A DNA stretch of 64,000 nucleotides from NCBI GenBank assembly GCA_050084515.1, contig CM114271.1, forward strand, positions 11,842,001 to 11,906,000, read 5' to 3'. The stretch is from Blasia pusilla. Taxonomy: Eukaryota. The notes beneath the pieces are model-generated. The model searched no databases. It was not told the DNA's origin and worked only from the letters and a program-made list of their open reading frames with translations. Both the position numbers and the translations under genes were made by a program. Shown piece after piece: positions 1-19,899 of this stretch (the stretch's first letter is position 1; each line of letters opens with the position of its first letter).

Positions 1-137
1 TGACACATGAGAAGACTATAAACCTGAGAAGAAAATTTACGAACAAAAGAATTTCAAAGCACTTGTCCTCAAGGCATGAAAGAATCCCATTTCAACAAAT
101 CAGGAGTGACTAATATGACGCCTATTTGATTCACTCA

Positions 138-960
138 CACTAGAACAAATCATGGTTTTAATAATTGGCTCATATGACTCATTTTAGTCATATATAACCA
201 TAAATGACTGGCCATGACTTGTGACTCATGAAGTCACAAAAGCCTATTCATGTACCATATCATGATTGGAGTCATTTAGAGATGACTCATGGAGTCATTT
301 TGTTATATGACTAACAGGTCATCAAGCCATTGCACGTGTGAAACCATAGTCATATAGTATGATTGCTATGTCATCATGTGACGTGGCAACTACATAAAGT
401 GAACGAGGTATGTATGGACACGTGCTTATGAAGTTTTATGACTAAGTCATATTCATAAATTAACTTATGTATATGAATGAGTCATGAAGCATGACTTAGT
501 CATATTGATCATTGTGACTTGATTAAATAAATGGATATGATTGAGTCATACCATACAATTCAGTCATATTGATCAATTTAAATTGTCAAAATTACGTGAG
601 ATTATTGAATCAGAAGATTCTACTGAGTCATATTGATCACCTTAATTTATCTAAATGACTTGAGATTATTGAATCATAAGTTTATATTGAGTAATATTGA
701 TCACCTTAAGTTGTCTTAATGATTGGAGATTATTGGGGAAAAATTTTATACCGAGTCATAATGATCACTCTAGTTTGTCTAAATGACTAAATGTGGATGA
801 GTCATAGAGTATGACCAAATCATATTGATGAGTTTGGCATGGATAAATAAATGTATATACGAGTCATAAAATATGACCAAGTCATAATGATGAGTTTGCA
901 ATACTTAAATGACTGATTGACATTAGTCATAAAATATGGACGAATCATACTGATGGAGTT
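138..960. repeat. CACTA-1 left subterminal repeat array
   Basis: Dense TGACT/AGTCA motifs in both orientations, with ~60-bp degenerate tandem units (gagtcatattgatca...) at ~480-960. Confidence 0.85.
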
Positions 961-1504
961 GTTGCATTCAAATGGCTATATTTGCTTTAGTTGATTCTTG
1001 TTAATGGTGTTTTGAGCTTTAGTGTCAAAAAGAGCTTTTTTTATAGTATGTTTGAATTGTAGTGATTTTTTTTTAAAGATTTAGAAGATAGGAGTTGTCC
1101 CACTAACAAGCTAGTCTTACAATAATTTAGATTGAGCTATAATAAATAATGTTGTAGCATGTAGCATGAATAAGTCTAATCTGAAATATTGAGAAAGTGC
1201 TAACATAACACTAAAATCTCGAAAATGCATCAGTAAGCTTTTGTTTTCATAGTTTAGCCCTTTGAAAAGGTTAATCCCCTTCAAAATTGCTTGTGAAACA
1301 TCAATCATGAAGAGAAGTTGCAACAATAGGAAAAAAACCAATAGATCAGATAGAAAGTGGAAGAAAGAAAGTGCAAGCACAAACCATTTTCATTATTGTA
1401 ACCAAGTGATGTAAAGAGTAAAGCACTTTCAAAATCGAATGTCCAGAAAGAGACACATAATAAATATCAACAATAGAAGTTGGGTTTAGAATGAACCAAG
1501 ATAT

Positions 1505-6634
<5,130 letters not shown>

Positions 6635-6824
6635 TGAGAATGTTTATGCTGGAAAATATCTGTCAAGGAGCTCAATTAGGGCTCAGTATAAGGTAGATAC
6701 TCAAATGCAAAAATTTGATACTCAATATAGTCCAGACTTGATATACCATAGCTTATACTTCAAACTCACTACTTAAAGCAAGACATATATGCCAATTTAC
6801 AATATGTTAGACATTACACTGTAA

Positions 6825-9800
6825 TCAAAGATGTACATCGCCTTCTGTAATTTCATCTTCACAAACCACTTCCGTGGAAATATGGATGATATGGACATTG
6901 TTAACATCTCTATTTGCAATCACTAGCTCCTCATCTATGAGCTGTATGGCGCCGATAGTGTTTTCTTGTGGTATCCTATGGGGCATGGCTTCCAGGTGAT
7001 TAAGGCCAATTGAATGGGTTTCCACCATCATAGATATCAAAAATCACCCGATGAGATCTAGCCTCTTTCCTCAAAATTACATTCCATCCACTTCCCTCTT
7101 TTTCATCTCCAAAGAAAACTTGTTCCACTTGAGATGGGAACACAAAGTGTTGGTGGTCCAGTGGCTCATAAGATTGAAGATTCACGAGTAGGAAACCTTC
7201 ACGATCTCGCTTCATTGAGGGCATGCGAGAGTCCCAATCTTCCCTCACCCCCCTCCCTCTCATTAATATTATAGGTCTTTCTAAAATCCCATAATCAAAT
7301 GCAAGAATATCAACTAGGACTCCCACATATGAATAGGCATAATTTTGGTCCTCCTTCTCTTCATCCAAAAATATGGCTCCAATTCCACTATCATAAGTTG
7401 AATATGCATTTCGTTCATCCTCTCCCTCTACTCTGAAGTGATTTCCATAAGCCTTCATAAACTTATATGATTTTACTTTGGGTTGCGGAGGGGTTGACAA
7501 GGCCAATGCCTCTTCATCCACCTTCCCATCATTCTCCCTAGCATCTTGAAGGATGGCTGGTCGAATCCACTCTTGGAAAGGAATTGATGCCCTCTCCCTT
7601 TCATATTTCTTGGAAGGAAGAAAATAACATCACCAATAAATAGGGTGGCCTTGAAGATTAGAAAAAATAGTAGGATTTAGGATCAAAGTTGATTATACTT
7701 GGAGAATGAGGTGACAGATTGAAAATGTACGTGTGCCATACAACCATGGCCTGGGTAATATGTAAGACATAATGGTGTGCCAAGAGTAGCATCTCTCGAG
7801 ATAATCAAACTTTCTATCCTACACCTTCCAACTCCTCACCTGCAACTCCTTCTTCTTCAGCGTCATCCCAAATACGGGTCCTCACATGCTCAAATCTCTT
7901 CATATACTCAGTCACAAATCCCAATGCTTCATCTTTGACATAACCCTTGGCCATGCATCCCTCAGGACAAGCTTTAGATCTCACATATTTTTTCAAAGTA
8001 CCCATGTATCTTTCCATCGGATATATCCATCGGCAAGCTAATGGCCCATATATATCCAATTCTTCTATTACATGGATTAAGATATGTGTCATCACATCAA
8101 AAAAAGATGGTGGAAAATGCATCTCTAAGAGACATAGGGTTATGGCTGCATCTTGATGCAACTATTCATAAGATGTAGGATCATACACTTTACAACATAA
8201 TGACTTAAATATCTTGCTCAAGCGCATGACAATAGAGCGGACTGACTCCTTCATAAGGCCGCGAAGGGCAAAAGGAAGGATTTGGTAACTGAGCACATGA
8301 TAATCATGTGACTTCATGTTACCCAATTTTTGTTTCACCACATGTTTCCTTAACTCCCCACTATACCCTATCGGCACTTTCAAAGACTCAATCCTAGACA
8401 GGAATATGCTCAGATCTTGAGGTGATAAAACATAATCACATTGAGGTTTCACTAGTCCTTGAGCCCTACTTGCATGTGGTTGTAACCACAAGCTTCCATA
8501 TCTCTTCTACACTTCATTGTATCCTTCATACCAAGCAGAGTCTTCACCATGTTTTCACATATATTTTTTCCCATGTGCATAACATCTAATGTATGTCGAA
8601 TAAGAAGATGCTTATCTTCTGTTAAGGAAAATAGATTCCAGCATGCAAACTAAACTTCACAAAAAACATAATGTGAACTTTTGCAAATATAAATGGATCA
8701 AGTGGATACTCTCTCATATGGCAAATCAAACAAAAGACTTCGCCTCTTCACTCTTGTTTTCTTGTAAGGATCATTAGGAGCATCATCTCGTCCCCCATGC
8801 TCCTCATATATTCTTTTTTCCTTGGCCCATCTTAGAATGTCATCAGTTGTAACCCTCTCAGGTGCTACTCTAGATTCCCCTAAGCCATTAAATTGGGACC
8901 TATAAGCTCTTCCTCTCCAAGCATGATCTAATGGAAGGTGTTTATGATGACAACCAAAAATAGGCTTTCCGCATTTCTTGGAGAAGTCTGAATCCACATA
9001 AGGTCCACATTTTCTACATGCAAGTTTTCCACCATGGCTTTGCCTTGAGATTGTGCCATATGATGGATAATCATTTATATTCCACAAGATCATGGCTCTA
9101 AACTTGAACTCCATCTCTCCCAAAGGTCTTCGGACATCAATGAAATCTACCCCATTCCACAACTCCTTAAACTCATCCACTAAGGGAGCTAGGTATGTGT
9201 TGATATTCTCTCCATTCACACTCTCCTTACCAGGAATGATTAAAGCCAACATGACAAAGAACTTCTTTGTTTGAAGCCAAGGTGGAAGGTTATAGTTTAG
9301 TAATAGGATTGGCCATGTCGACCATGAACTGACCTTATCAGAATATGGATTCACACCATCAAGTGCTAAACCAAACCTACAATTTCAACTCTCCATTGCA
9401 AAATCATGATACGAATGATCGATATGATCCCAAGCCTTGATGTCTCCTGCATGTCTGACCATGCCATCTTTGCTTTTGTTTTCAAAAGACCAAGTCAATA
9501 ACTCTGACAAAGTCGTGCATCTATACATACGATGCATCCTAGGGATAATAGGGAAGTGTCTTAAGACCTTGTTTGGTACCAAAGACCTTCCTACTTGCTT
9601 AAACCTAGAATTCCCACACTTTGGGCATGTATCTTTCTCTTCCAAGTTCCCACGAAAGAGAACACATCCTCTAGGACATGCATGGATAGAGTTGTAGCTC
9701 ATACCAAGTTTACTGATAAGTTTATTTGCTGCATAGTATGATGGCGGCACAAGATTATCAGATGGGAGTACCATCTTACGTAAAAGTTTTCAAAATCTCA

Positions 9801-10429
9801 TCAATTGCAATGTTGGGAACGTTGTGCGTAGCACCAATATTGAAAATGAGCATGACAAAAGCAAGTAAGGATGTCTTAGCTCCCGAGAAGAGAGGCTTGC
9901 ATGCTGATGTGAGGTCATGGAAATTAGACTCCATACTGGGATCAGATGTGGCATTAGGATTAAGATTCTCAACCCTTTCCTCTTCAATGATGCCATCCTC
10001 ATCATGGATCTGATCATACTCTCTGAAAATATCATGAAGCATTTGAGGAACATCAATTTCAACATCCAAACATGGATTTTCATGTTGAGAGAAAGTAGGA
10101 ACAAGCTTCGATTTTATGATCTATTTGCGTTGCTCCTTCTCATTGCTCTCTTCATGTGCCAACCACTCCTCGTCTGATGAGTCCCACTCTTCCCTACTTT
10201 TTGGGACTCTACATAGATGAGATCTCCCATTTTTCCTCAAATGCTCTTCCATCTTGCCCAATCCCAAGGAAGTCCCACCCTTACACTCAGTACAAGGGCA
10301 TCGAGCCCTCTTCCTTCCCAATGTACGACACTCCGCACATTCCCTTTGCCACAACTTGTAGTAGTGTGCATGGATTCTATCAGGATGGCTAATATCCATT
10401 CGTATGCAAGTAGTTCTTTGTGGTATCAT
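6825..10429 (-). pseudogene. CACTA TnpD-like transposase (Transposase_21/DUF4218/DUF4216-type regions), frameshifted with stops
   Basis: Motifs in order: RCPCTEC, IHACPRGCVLF..CPKCG, LRHFPIIPRM, WSTWPILLLNYNLPPW, LDVMH, MKSHDYH, LEMHFPPSFFDVMTH, WIYPMERYM, FVFPSQVEQVFF. Confidence 0.92.
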
Positions 10430-11981
10430 GGCCCCTACGTCAAGTTAATAAGAGCAAAAATAAAAAGCATACATAGGACTTTGATGCTTGTTGCATGATT
10501 ATTTCATTGCAAATCAGCAATTATCGTGTAGATATGAGCGTACCTTCTTATCTCAAGATTCTCTTTTTTTTTTTTTTGAGAATCAAGCCTCCCCTTGAAC
10601 TCTTTTTCCTATCTGATATAGGTTGAACGCAAACACCCGGCTCACATATCCCACCTTCATAACATAAAAAGGCACACATTTATTGTTATTCTCATATTAT
10701 TGATCCTACCCACTATTGTTGCTTCTTAAGATCTCACGTAGTTATGAACCAACATAAATCGATGTCAGCATACAAACAATGTAAGATTCTATTTATCTTT
10801 GTAAAATGTGAACAATCTTAATTCATTGGTATAATATAATTCATCTCATGTATAGAAAGGGTTCTATCTGAATCTATGAAAGGTTAAATGGAATGAGTGG
10901 TGATTAATTTTGTTTTCCTTGCTTATGCGTTTTAGGCTGATCAAGAATGGGTATCATGTATAATGCAAAATGATAATTTTTTAAATTATATTTCTAAAGG
11001 TTCACACTATCTTTTTAATGGATATGAATGTATGTTATTAAACTACTTTGGCTGTTACACCCTTTGATTAATATCTACACCATGTGAAATGATGCGATGG
11101 CATCCTATTTGTACATTGTTAATATTACTGTTCCATGAAATCCACCATTTTTAACATGACAATAGACTTGATCTACTATAACATTGAACAACTACAATTT
11201 GTACATGTATTCATACCCATTGAATTAATCATGTAGGTTAGAAGTTCTTTATAATTATTTAAAAAATGTTATATTAAAGATCATAGCCTCACTAGTATGA
11301 AAAAACCTAGATTAGAAAAGAGCTCAGAGGTCCAAAATTCCAACCTTATGTTAACAATATGGTCTAGCTCACTCATAATTCTTCAACAAAAAACCTAGAT
11401 GCAAAATTCAAAAAACTCCTGGTTGGCCTAAATACTGTTACTAGTGTCAAGTCCCACTTCAAATCACAAAATTGGCTTCAAACGAGCAGACCTACCAAGT
11501 TGCTCTATTCCAACGCCACCAAATAGGGCCACAAAAAAATGAGTACAACAAGGGCAGAGTCTACCACTCAGGTTCTCCCTACAAAAGCATGTCGCCATGC
11601 ATATCCTCTCACCAGGTAGTCTTCCCATCCTCACAGATGAGTTCTCAAATCTAACACTACATGCTTTTCCAGAATAGGAAATAGCAGCACGGATAAGAGC
11701 CAATTCCTTCCTTAGACTTGGTGAGGAATCCTCACCAAGAACTATACCATCTAAATCATGGCAAAGATGAACGGTGATGATGTGTGCAACACCCATCATC
11801 AGCCATAGAATGATGGAATAGCGATCCTCATGCCTACATACAAAATCGGAGAAGGTAACATATAGATGCCGCGCCTTTGTATGAAAGTTCCAATTCTCTA
11901 CTCGTTCGTGCCAAGTCCAATACCAATAGTGGCGTATTTTAGCTTTAAATCAACACATTAATCCATATTTGAGATCACTAT

Positions 11982-12626
11982 TGTCACGTCTTTTAGGATA
12001 GATCGGTGAGATCTAGTAGAACGCCTTCATGAGTAGTGGAGGTCAAGCTTAGTAGGTTGAGGATGACTTGCTGAGGCCCTGGGAAACCTACTCTCTCAGG
12101 TTTTCCCTTCGTTTCGGCTCATTTGGAGCTATATTGAGAAACTTACTATTTTAGGTAAGTGCCATTTTTAGTATATGATCTACTTTATAATTTTGGTAAG
12201 TGGCCCTTGACCTCCTACATCAGGTCAAGAGCCAAGGAGATGAATTGGGAGCATAGATTACCATGAAGAGAGCTTGGGAGAGGGGAGGGGTATATCTCAA
12301 GGAGAGAGAGCTTGAGAGCTCATTCTCTCTTTGTTGAACCTCTTGGCATGAGGCTGCGGAGCTATGGTCTTGTTTGCCTTGTGTGTGTAATCCAAGCCTC
12401 TCATTAGGAGAGTGGATTTGGTTTTACATTGAGAGAGACATGTGAGAGTGCACACATGTGAGAACTATGGTGTTATGAGAGAGATTGGATCTTATTTTAT
12501 TGAAGATATTTTGGTACTTCTTGTCTCGTTGTTTGGATGCCATGAGTTAGCATGGGATTGTGCATGTTTGTGTGTGTATTCGATGACAGCGATGTATGTT
12601 GTGTAGGGATGTGTATGCGCACGACA
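11982..12626 (+). mobile_element. Solo-LTR-like insert
   Basis: TGTCA...CGACA termini with CTAT duplicated on both flanks. Colinear with 53416-54056 and with the reverse complement of ~32102-32612. Confidence 0.85.
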
Positions 12627-13411
12627 CTATTGTATCTACATACAACTATAGTATTATAAGCATTCTACTAGTTCAGGAGTATAACAACTTATTTCAGCTA
12701 GCATCTCCTCTAGTTCATGAATGTAGACCCTAAGCCATTCTGATACAAACTCAATTGCCAAATTATCGAAAAACTTTCTTGCAAACATGAAAATTTTGAT
12801 TCATCCTTGCAAAGAAAACAAGAATCCCAATGTGGAATACCTTTGTTGTATTTGTCTCCTGGTGTGAATGCAATGTTTGTTTAAACCATTGAGGAGCTGT
12901 TGATATCTGGAAATGATAGCAAAGAGTTGTGTTATCAACATATTCTAAAGTTACGCATTGAGCAACGAAATCTATGGTTGATGGAACTTCAATCTAAAAT
13001 TCGGGATGAAGTAGAGGAGCAGAAATATGAGATTATGGCTATGGGAGAAAGCGCGAATTCGCAAGTTTGTCCATTTGTGTGAATGGTCGCGGCTAGATCT
13101 GGCAAGACATGTCATGATAATGCAAAAGAATGTAAGGGAGAAGCTGCACACCAAAGTCGTAACATGGCTTGTCAACCTGCTATGTCTGATTGAGATGTCA
13201 GTTCAGTATTTGGTTCTTTAGCCTCTTCATTGACTGGAACCCCAATATCGACTAAACAAAAAGAAGACAATTCACGAGTGGCACGATTATCTTTGAGACT
13301 ATCTTCTACTGGGAAGGAGGGAGAAGCCCTAGTGAGTAGGGAGACAAAAAAGATCCAAAGTCACTGATCTACTTCGGATGCCAACATTCTTAACAAACAA
13401 GATAAGTCACA

Positions 13412-14083
<672 letters not shown>

Positions 14084-14917
14084 ATTAGCTCCTCTCCCCT
14101 CTCCCAAAAAAGGTATAATTGGTCTCCCTCATCTTCTCTCCTCTGAAGTTTTCGCGACCGCGATCTTCTCTTTTTGCTCAAGTACAAAAAGTGCACAATG
14201 GAGGACCAAACTTGCTTTAGCCTAATCTCACCCACACTTACATCACCTAAACGATAACTCTCAAATCTCTGAAACACCTTGAGTTGGTGCACACATGAAA
14301 GCAATGTAATCACACTAAACCCTATCTCAATCCTTTTCCCTTCCGCGCACGAGTCATTTGTCTCTAAGTTTGCACCGAGTTCCTTAGTTCGCGCGCGCCG
14401 CTTTGTTTTCCGGGGTCTAGTATGTACTCTCTCTTCCTTGGTTTCTCCAAGCTTCTCGCCTTCTTAGTTAGGCCCTATTAATTTTTGCTCCGCTTCATAT
14501 TGTCCTCCCATAGTAGGAATAAAATCTATCATCCAAATTTATTTATTTTCAGTTTGTGGTACAAAGTAGTGTGAGTTTATATCTATATTTATATCCAATT
14601 AAAAAGTATGTTAAAATTAATAACAAACTAGAAAAATCCATTTCATTGAGTCATATTTTTATCTTACATGACTAGAAGTTGAGATATCTTGCTTATATAT
14701 CACTAAAAGATTACTAAGTCATTTCATATATTACTAAGCCATCACTCAGACTTATTGTAGGACTTAGTAATATTCTAATATGACTAATATTTCCTTCTTT
14801 TATGGAAATATATGACTACTATATGACTAGGGGACATTATAGTCATATATTCAAGTCCTGAAGAACCTCAATCATTTTAATTATAGTCATAAAAACCATT
14901 GTTTTCTTCTAGTGTCA

Positions 14918-17900
14918 CCCTTAGCTATCGATGCACCTGCACCATCTTCATTCGAGATGAATACTGTTGGGGTCTTCCTTTTCTTATTCAACCCTTCATG
15001 AGAAATACATGTGAGTCTTTTGTGTAAGCTTTGAAAAGAAACATGACTAAACCTCACTACTACGTAGTAAACATTTGCATAAGACACTATGGGAAAAATC
15101 TACCCATATACTTACATGTTTCAAGGTGCATATACTTTGAACCCTTATGAATCTTGGTGGGATCGATAATTTGATTCAAGAACACCTGAACATCTCATAT
15201 ATCTTAGACTCCGACACTAGATGAAAAAACCTGATATTGGAAAACTTGCAAGCTTAAACTACTTTATATGTGGCTCTACAACAAAAATACTAAAGATTGG
15301 GAATATCACAACAATCTCCAACCATTTTATGCAAAGACATTCAAGTTTCCCAAGAAAAAATCCTACAAGTTTCTATCTCTAAGTGGTGTGGTGCTCTGTC
15401 ATGTCAATCTGACCTGAATTATTTTGAGTGACCATCTTTGCCAAATCAGCCACCAACTTTGCAAGGTCGGTCAAGTGTGTAGTCAAAGTACTCATTTGCT
15501 CTCTCTAATTTTCTTCCACCTTCTCCTCGATCGATGTTCGCATTGCTTGCAACTCTACTGTCCATCGCCTCTCTTGGGACTCCAATGCCCTTTCATAGGT
15601 TACATTAGATTCCACCGCCTGCACAAATTACAGATCAGCAGATTACCGCACCTATTTCTCAATTGAGTGATAAGGACATGAACAAACCATAGCATGAAAA
15701 TTTGAACTCAAATAAGCTATAGATTTGTATTTTGTGTACATAATAACATACCTTTGCACCTACGCTTATTTGAGTTCCACTAGCCTCAGGTGTAGGAGCG
15801 TCCAACTCCTTGGAAGTCGTAGATATTATGCCCTCCTATTTGTGTCAGAGATTTAGAACACGAAGGAATGTGTGAAGGCAAAAATAAAGTAGTAATGGCA
15901 TTTGTGTAGCATGTAAATCAAAAAACCTAATATAAAGTGCTAAATTGTTACAAGCAACCAAAAAAACAGCAAGACCTTTAGCATGGTATGCATGTTCTCT
16001 TGAAATCAAAATCAGAAGTCTTGTCTACGGTTAGATGGACGAATGAAAAAGGAAACTTACAACCCCACCATAACCATGTGCACTAGAACGACCAAAAGGA
16101 TTGGTCTTCTCCACTTGTTGCTTTGCAGCCCTCATCACCTTGGCTTTTGTTTGAGTTGCATATGACAACCAGTAATCTACCAACCGCTCCCATTGTTGGA
16201 GCTCTTGCTTCGGGATGGCATTCAAATGAATGCAAAATCCCTTTGTTTACCCAATAACTCTTCATTACGTACCTCTCTGTCTTCAACAAGGTTGCAATCT
16301 TCTTCCTCAAGCAATCTGGAGATAACCTTGATGCTCCAACATACTCCCAAGACTCCTTCATCTGGTTTAGGACAGTGGCCATACTGAGAGGGTCTTGTCT
16401 ATCTATATCCACACAAGAGATGTCCAAATATCGCATGGTCCATACCTTCAAGTTTGAGAGCCACGTTTCATAACCATGAGCATTTGTATCAGTCCACCCC
16501 GTCTCCAACAACTCACACTTTGGAAGTAGATTGCGCAAGGTCCTCTCCCTAGTCTCTTTCTGCCATAAGTCTCGCTCAGTGCGACGAGATCCATTTCCTC
16601 GTTTACCTACATGGATCATAGTCAAGATCAAGCAAACAAGGGTTCATCAAGAACATCATATTGTAACAATATTCGAATAATCTGTTACTCTTGAAGAAAC
16701 TAGTTTGCAGTGAAGGGCATTACCTTGTTTTGCGTGGTTATCACCTGAAATATGAATGGAATCTGTACCAGGTGGAGTAGTACATGATTCACTCCAACTG
16801 GTTGTAAACTCCATAGATCTCTAAAAAAATAAACAAGAAAGAATTTTAAATACTAACATTTGGAAACTTGTAAATTAGGTCTAATCCAATCAAGGATTTT
16901 GAATTTACTCAACATCAACATATGCAAGGTTTTAAAACAACAAGGAAACCTTTACCTAAAATCAGATAGTACTTACATGATACGGTGGGCATTTAGAGCA
17001 TTTCCACTCAATATATCCATGGGGTGCTTGACTAGTCTCTACTCGATCTTTGTTATGACCAGAATTCTGATATGGCTGTGAGATGCCTTGACTATGATAT
17101 ATGTAGTTTGGAATGAAGTCCCTACTACCTCCTTGCTGGTTCCTCACATTATAACTTTCCGAAGATCCAAATCCAATGTTTCCTCGATCACTTCCATGTA
17201 CATGGCTTTGGAAACCATAAGGATCTGATCCTTTGGGATATCCCGCATACATTTCCAAGCTTGGTTGTGGAAAGTTCCCAAGCATATGAGGTTGAGATCT
17301 TCCCTCCCTTGCCCAATTTGAACTCATGTTATGGGGCAAGCCCATACCATTAAACCCAATCCCATATGGATGGGGAGTTTCTCTTCCTCTCCACCCATCA
17401 TCCCATTCCCTTCTTGAGGAGGTCTCATCATGGGGTGCGTGACCTTCATATCCCGGAGGGGGGAACTGATATACCAAACCAACCATCTGCTTGTGAACGC
17501 CATTGATCCTCATGCCATTTCTCTGAGTTCTCAAAAGAAGCACGTTGCGAACCACTACTCCAAGACGTGTTGCGTGCTTGTGGGGGAAACATGACTGATG
17601 GACTCTCGGACCCTATGGGTGAGGGTCGTCTAGATGTGGAGACGGGTTTGTAAGCTTTACCTCCCACATACATTGGATTTGAAGAATCCAGACCTGATGT
17701 ATGTGGTGCTTTTGGACCCACTCCAGGTTAATGAACATAATTGGGATATCCACAAATTTAATCAATTAGAATGAAGCAAAAAATACTAGTATATCTGAAA
17801 GTGTCAACCTGATATTTTGAAACTACATGATGTAATTGAAGACAATCTGAGTTCATAGTTTTAAGGTAACAAGGAAATAAGAGCAAGAAAACTTACATTT

Positions 17901-19297
17901 CTAGGGTCTACCACCCCGGATCTACCATGAGTTAACCGGAATGAATCTGAACCAGGAGCAATTGATCAAGTCCTTCTAGATCAATTGCTCCTAGAAGGAC
18001 TTGGTCCAAGGGAAACCTGTATATCCAGCCAACTCATAAAACAATCAAAAATTAATTTGGATTCCACAAAGTAACTTTTTCAAGTGAAAATATCAATAAA
18101 TGACAAAATAATACAAATGGAAGGGATAATTACATACTTGCGGGGGAAGATTTGGGCTATCTTCTTCACCTCCACTTGAACACATGGATTCTTCTTCCAT
18201 CTTGTAGTTTGGATCCACGTCCTCATTCTCATGCATTGTAGATCCCTCCTCAATGAAATTCTGTGGTTGTGAGGATGAGGAAATTCTGCACTTCGCCGAG
18301 GAGTTAATGTAGGATCCACCACCACCAAGCTAGGCCTCTTTTTGGAGGACTCTGTTTTATGGCAGAGATCACCGCTACCAACATATGCAACATGTATAGA
18401 CTTTTCAGCACTATGGATAATACACTTGCAAGTCTTCAACCTTACCTAAACCCTAATCTACTTTCAAAATGAAACAGAAAGCCCAATAATAAGCAAACAA
18501 TAACCATAAAGAACACCACAAGAAAAAACACAATATAGGTTGTGTAGAAGCTATACAATTCCTTGAACCCTTGAACAAGGCTTGCCTCAAGCTCCTTCCT
18601 TTGTATGATCTTGTGGGCACGTAATTTTGCGTATGAGTTAGTATCAGAATCATAAGCAGAAACAAGGTCAGAATTTAAGCCTACTCCTTTGTCTGGTCCT
18701 CTATTGGCCATTTGAATTTTTGGTTTTTCAACCAACAAGGTTTTTTCAATGGAGTTAGTCAAGTGTGCAGCGACGTCCAAACGCCCATCTTCACATTGAT
18801 CCTCCCGACTTGATGCTCTCTCTGCACAATATGCAAAAACTAAACGAGCCTTTTCGTCGCCCTCTTCAAATGTTTCTTCAAGATTTACCTTTGTAATTGC
18901 ACCATCCAACATTGCATCATAAGAGTCACTTCGTTCCATCTCCTGAGTGGCATGTTATATTTTACGTGTGTCTTTTGAGAAACATGCAACCTGAATGTCA
19001 TATTTTTTCTCTTCCGCGCTTCCTTCTCAGAAACCAGATTTGTTGTTCTTTTCCATAGGGTAACTCCCCTTGAGCATCACATTTTCCATCACTACGTAAG
19101 ATTGCTTCCAGATCTCTTCTTGTCTCTCCCACTTTTGCAATTCTAGTACCATCACAAGTCCACTCACGGGACTTGTTAGCTGAGTCAATGCCTTTGTCAT
19201 TGTCTTCCTTGAAGGGTTGCCAACATGGGTCACTAACATCATTGTACCTCCCAAAAAAATTCAGTTCTAAAGCACTCATGGTTTTACTCCTTTCCAT
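14918..19297 (-). pseudogene. CACTA-2 TnpA-like gene, decayed, 3' part cut by CACTA-1
   Basis: 16083-16631 (WLSNLKVWTMRYLDISC) matches 3697-4068. The exon at ~15420-15620 (AVESNVT...) matches ~2830-2900 (SVESNIT...). Confidence 0.7.
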
Positions 19298-19899
19298 TCT
19301 AAGAACCCAAATATAATGTTCTGTCCCATCTAGTAACTCGCCTTGAGCATCATAGAATCCCTAGAAGGGCATCCAGATCTACCTTCCCCTAAGTCGTTCG
19401 AACACTACAAGTAGCATCCCAGGTCCATTCAAAGTCCTTGGTACTCACTGCCAATCTATTGTCCCTTCCCATAACATCACATAGGGAATGTTATCAACAA
19501 CTACCATACAACGTACACTAATAAGAAGCATAAATGAATAATAAAATTAGGAACATCCTTCTATGAGAGGAAATTCATTGCAAACACACTACTTACCTCT
19601 ACATGACAGAAATTGACTTCAATTAAATTTATGAGATGAAAAAGTCAACAAAGTGCATTACATCAAGTGATCAAACTACAATAGGTATTATTCAGAATCA
19701 TAGTTTTCAGAATTATGTGAGTCTGAACTCTCATGTCCTAGATTTACAGATGTTAACACTACATCCACAGTACACAAATCCTTCATTGAGATATTAATTT
19801 CAGTATCACTTAACTCTATACTATAAGCTACATAAGGAGATTTTTTAATTGTAGGAAAATTCATAGGAATTTCTTATCCAGAGAAATCCAAATTATTTT

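Noticed and set aside
12740-13220. Possible RING/IBR-type Cys-rich fragment
   Set aside because: The Cys/His spacing does not fit convincingly. It is kept only as unassigned cargo.
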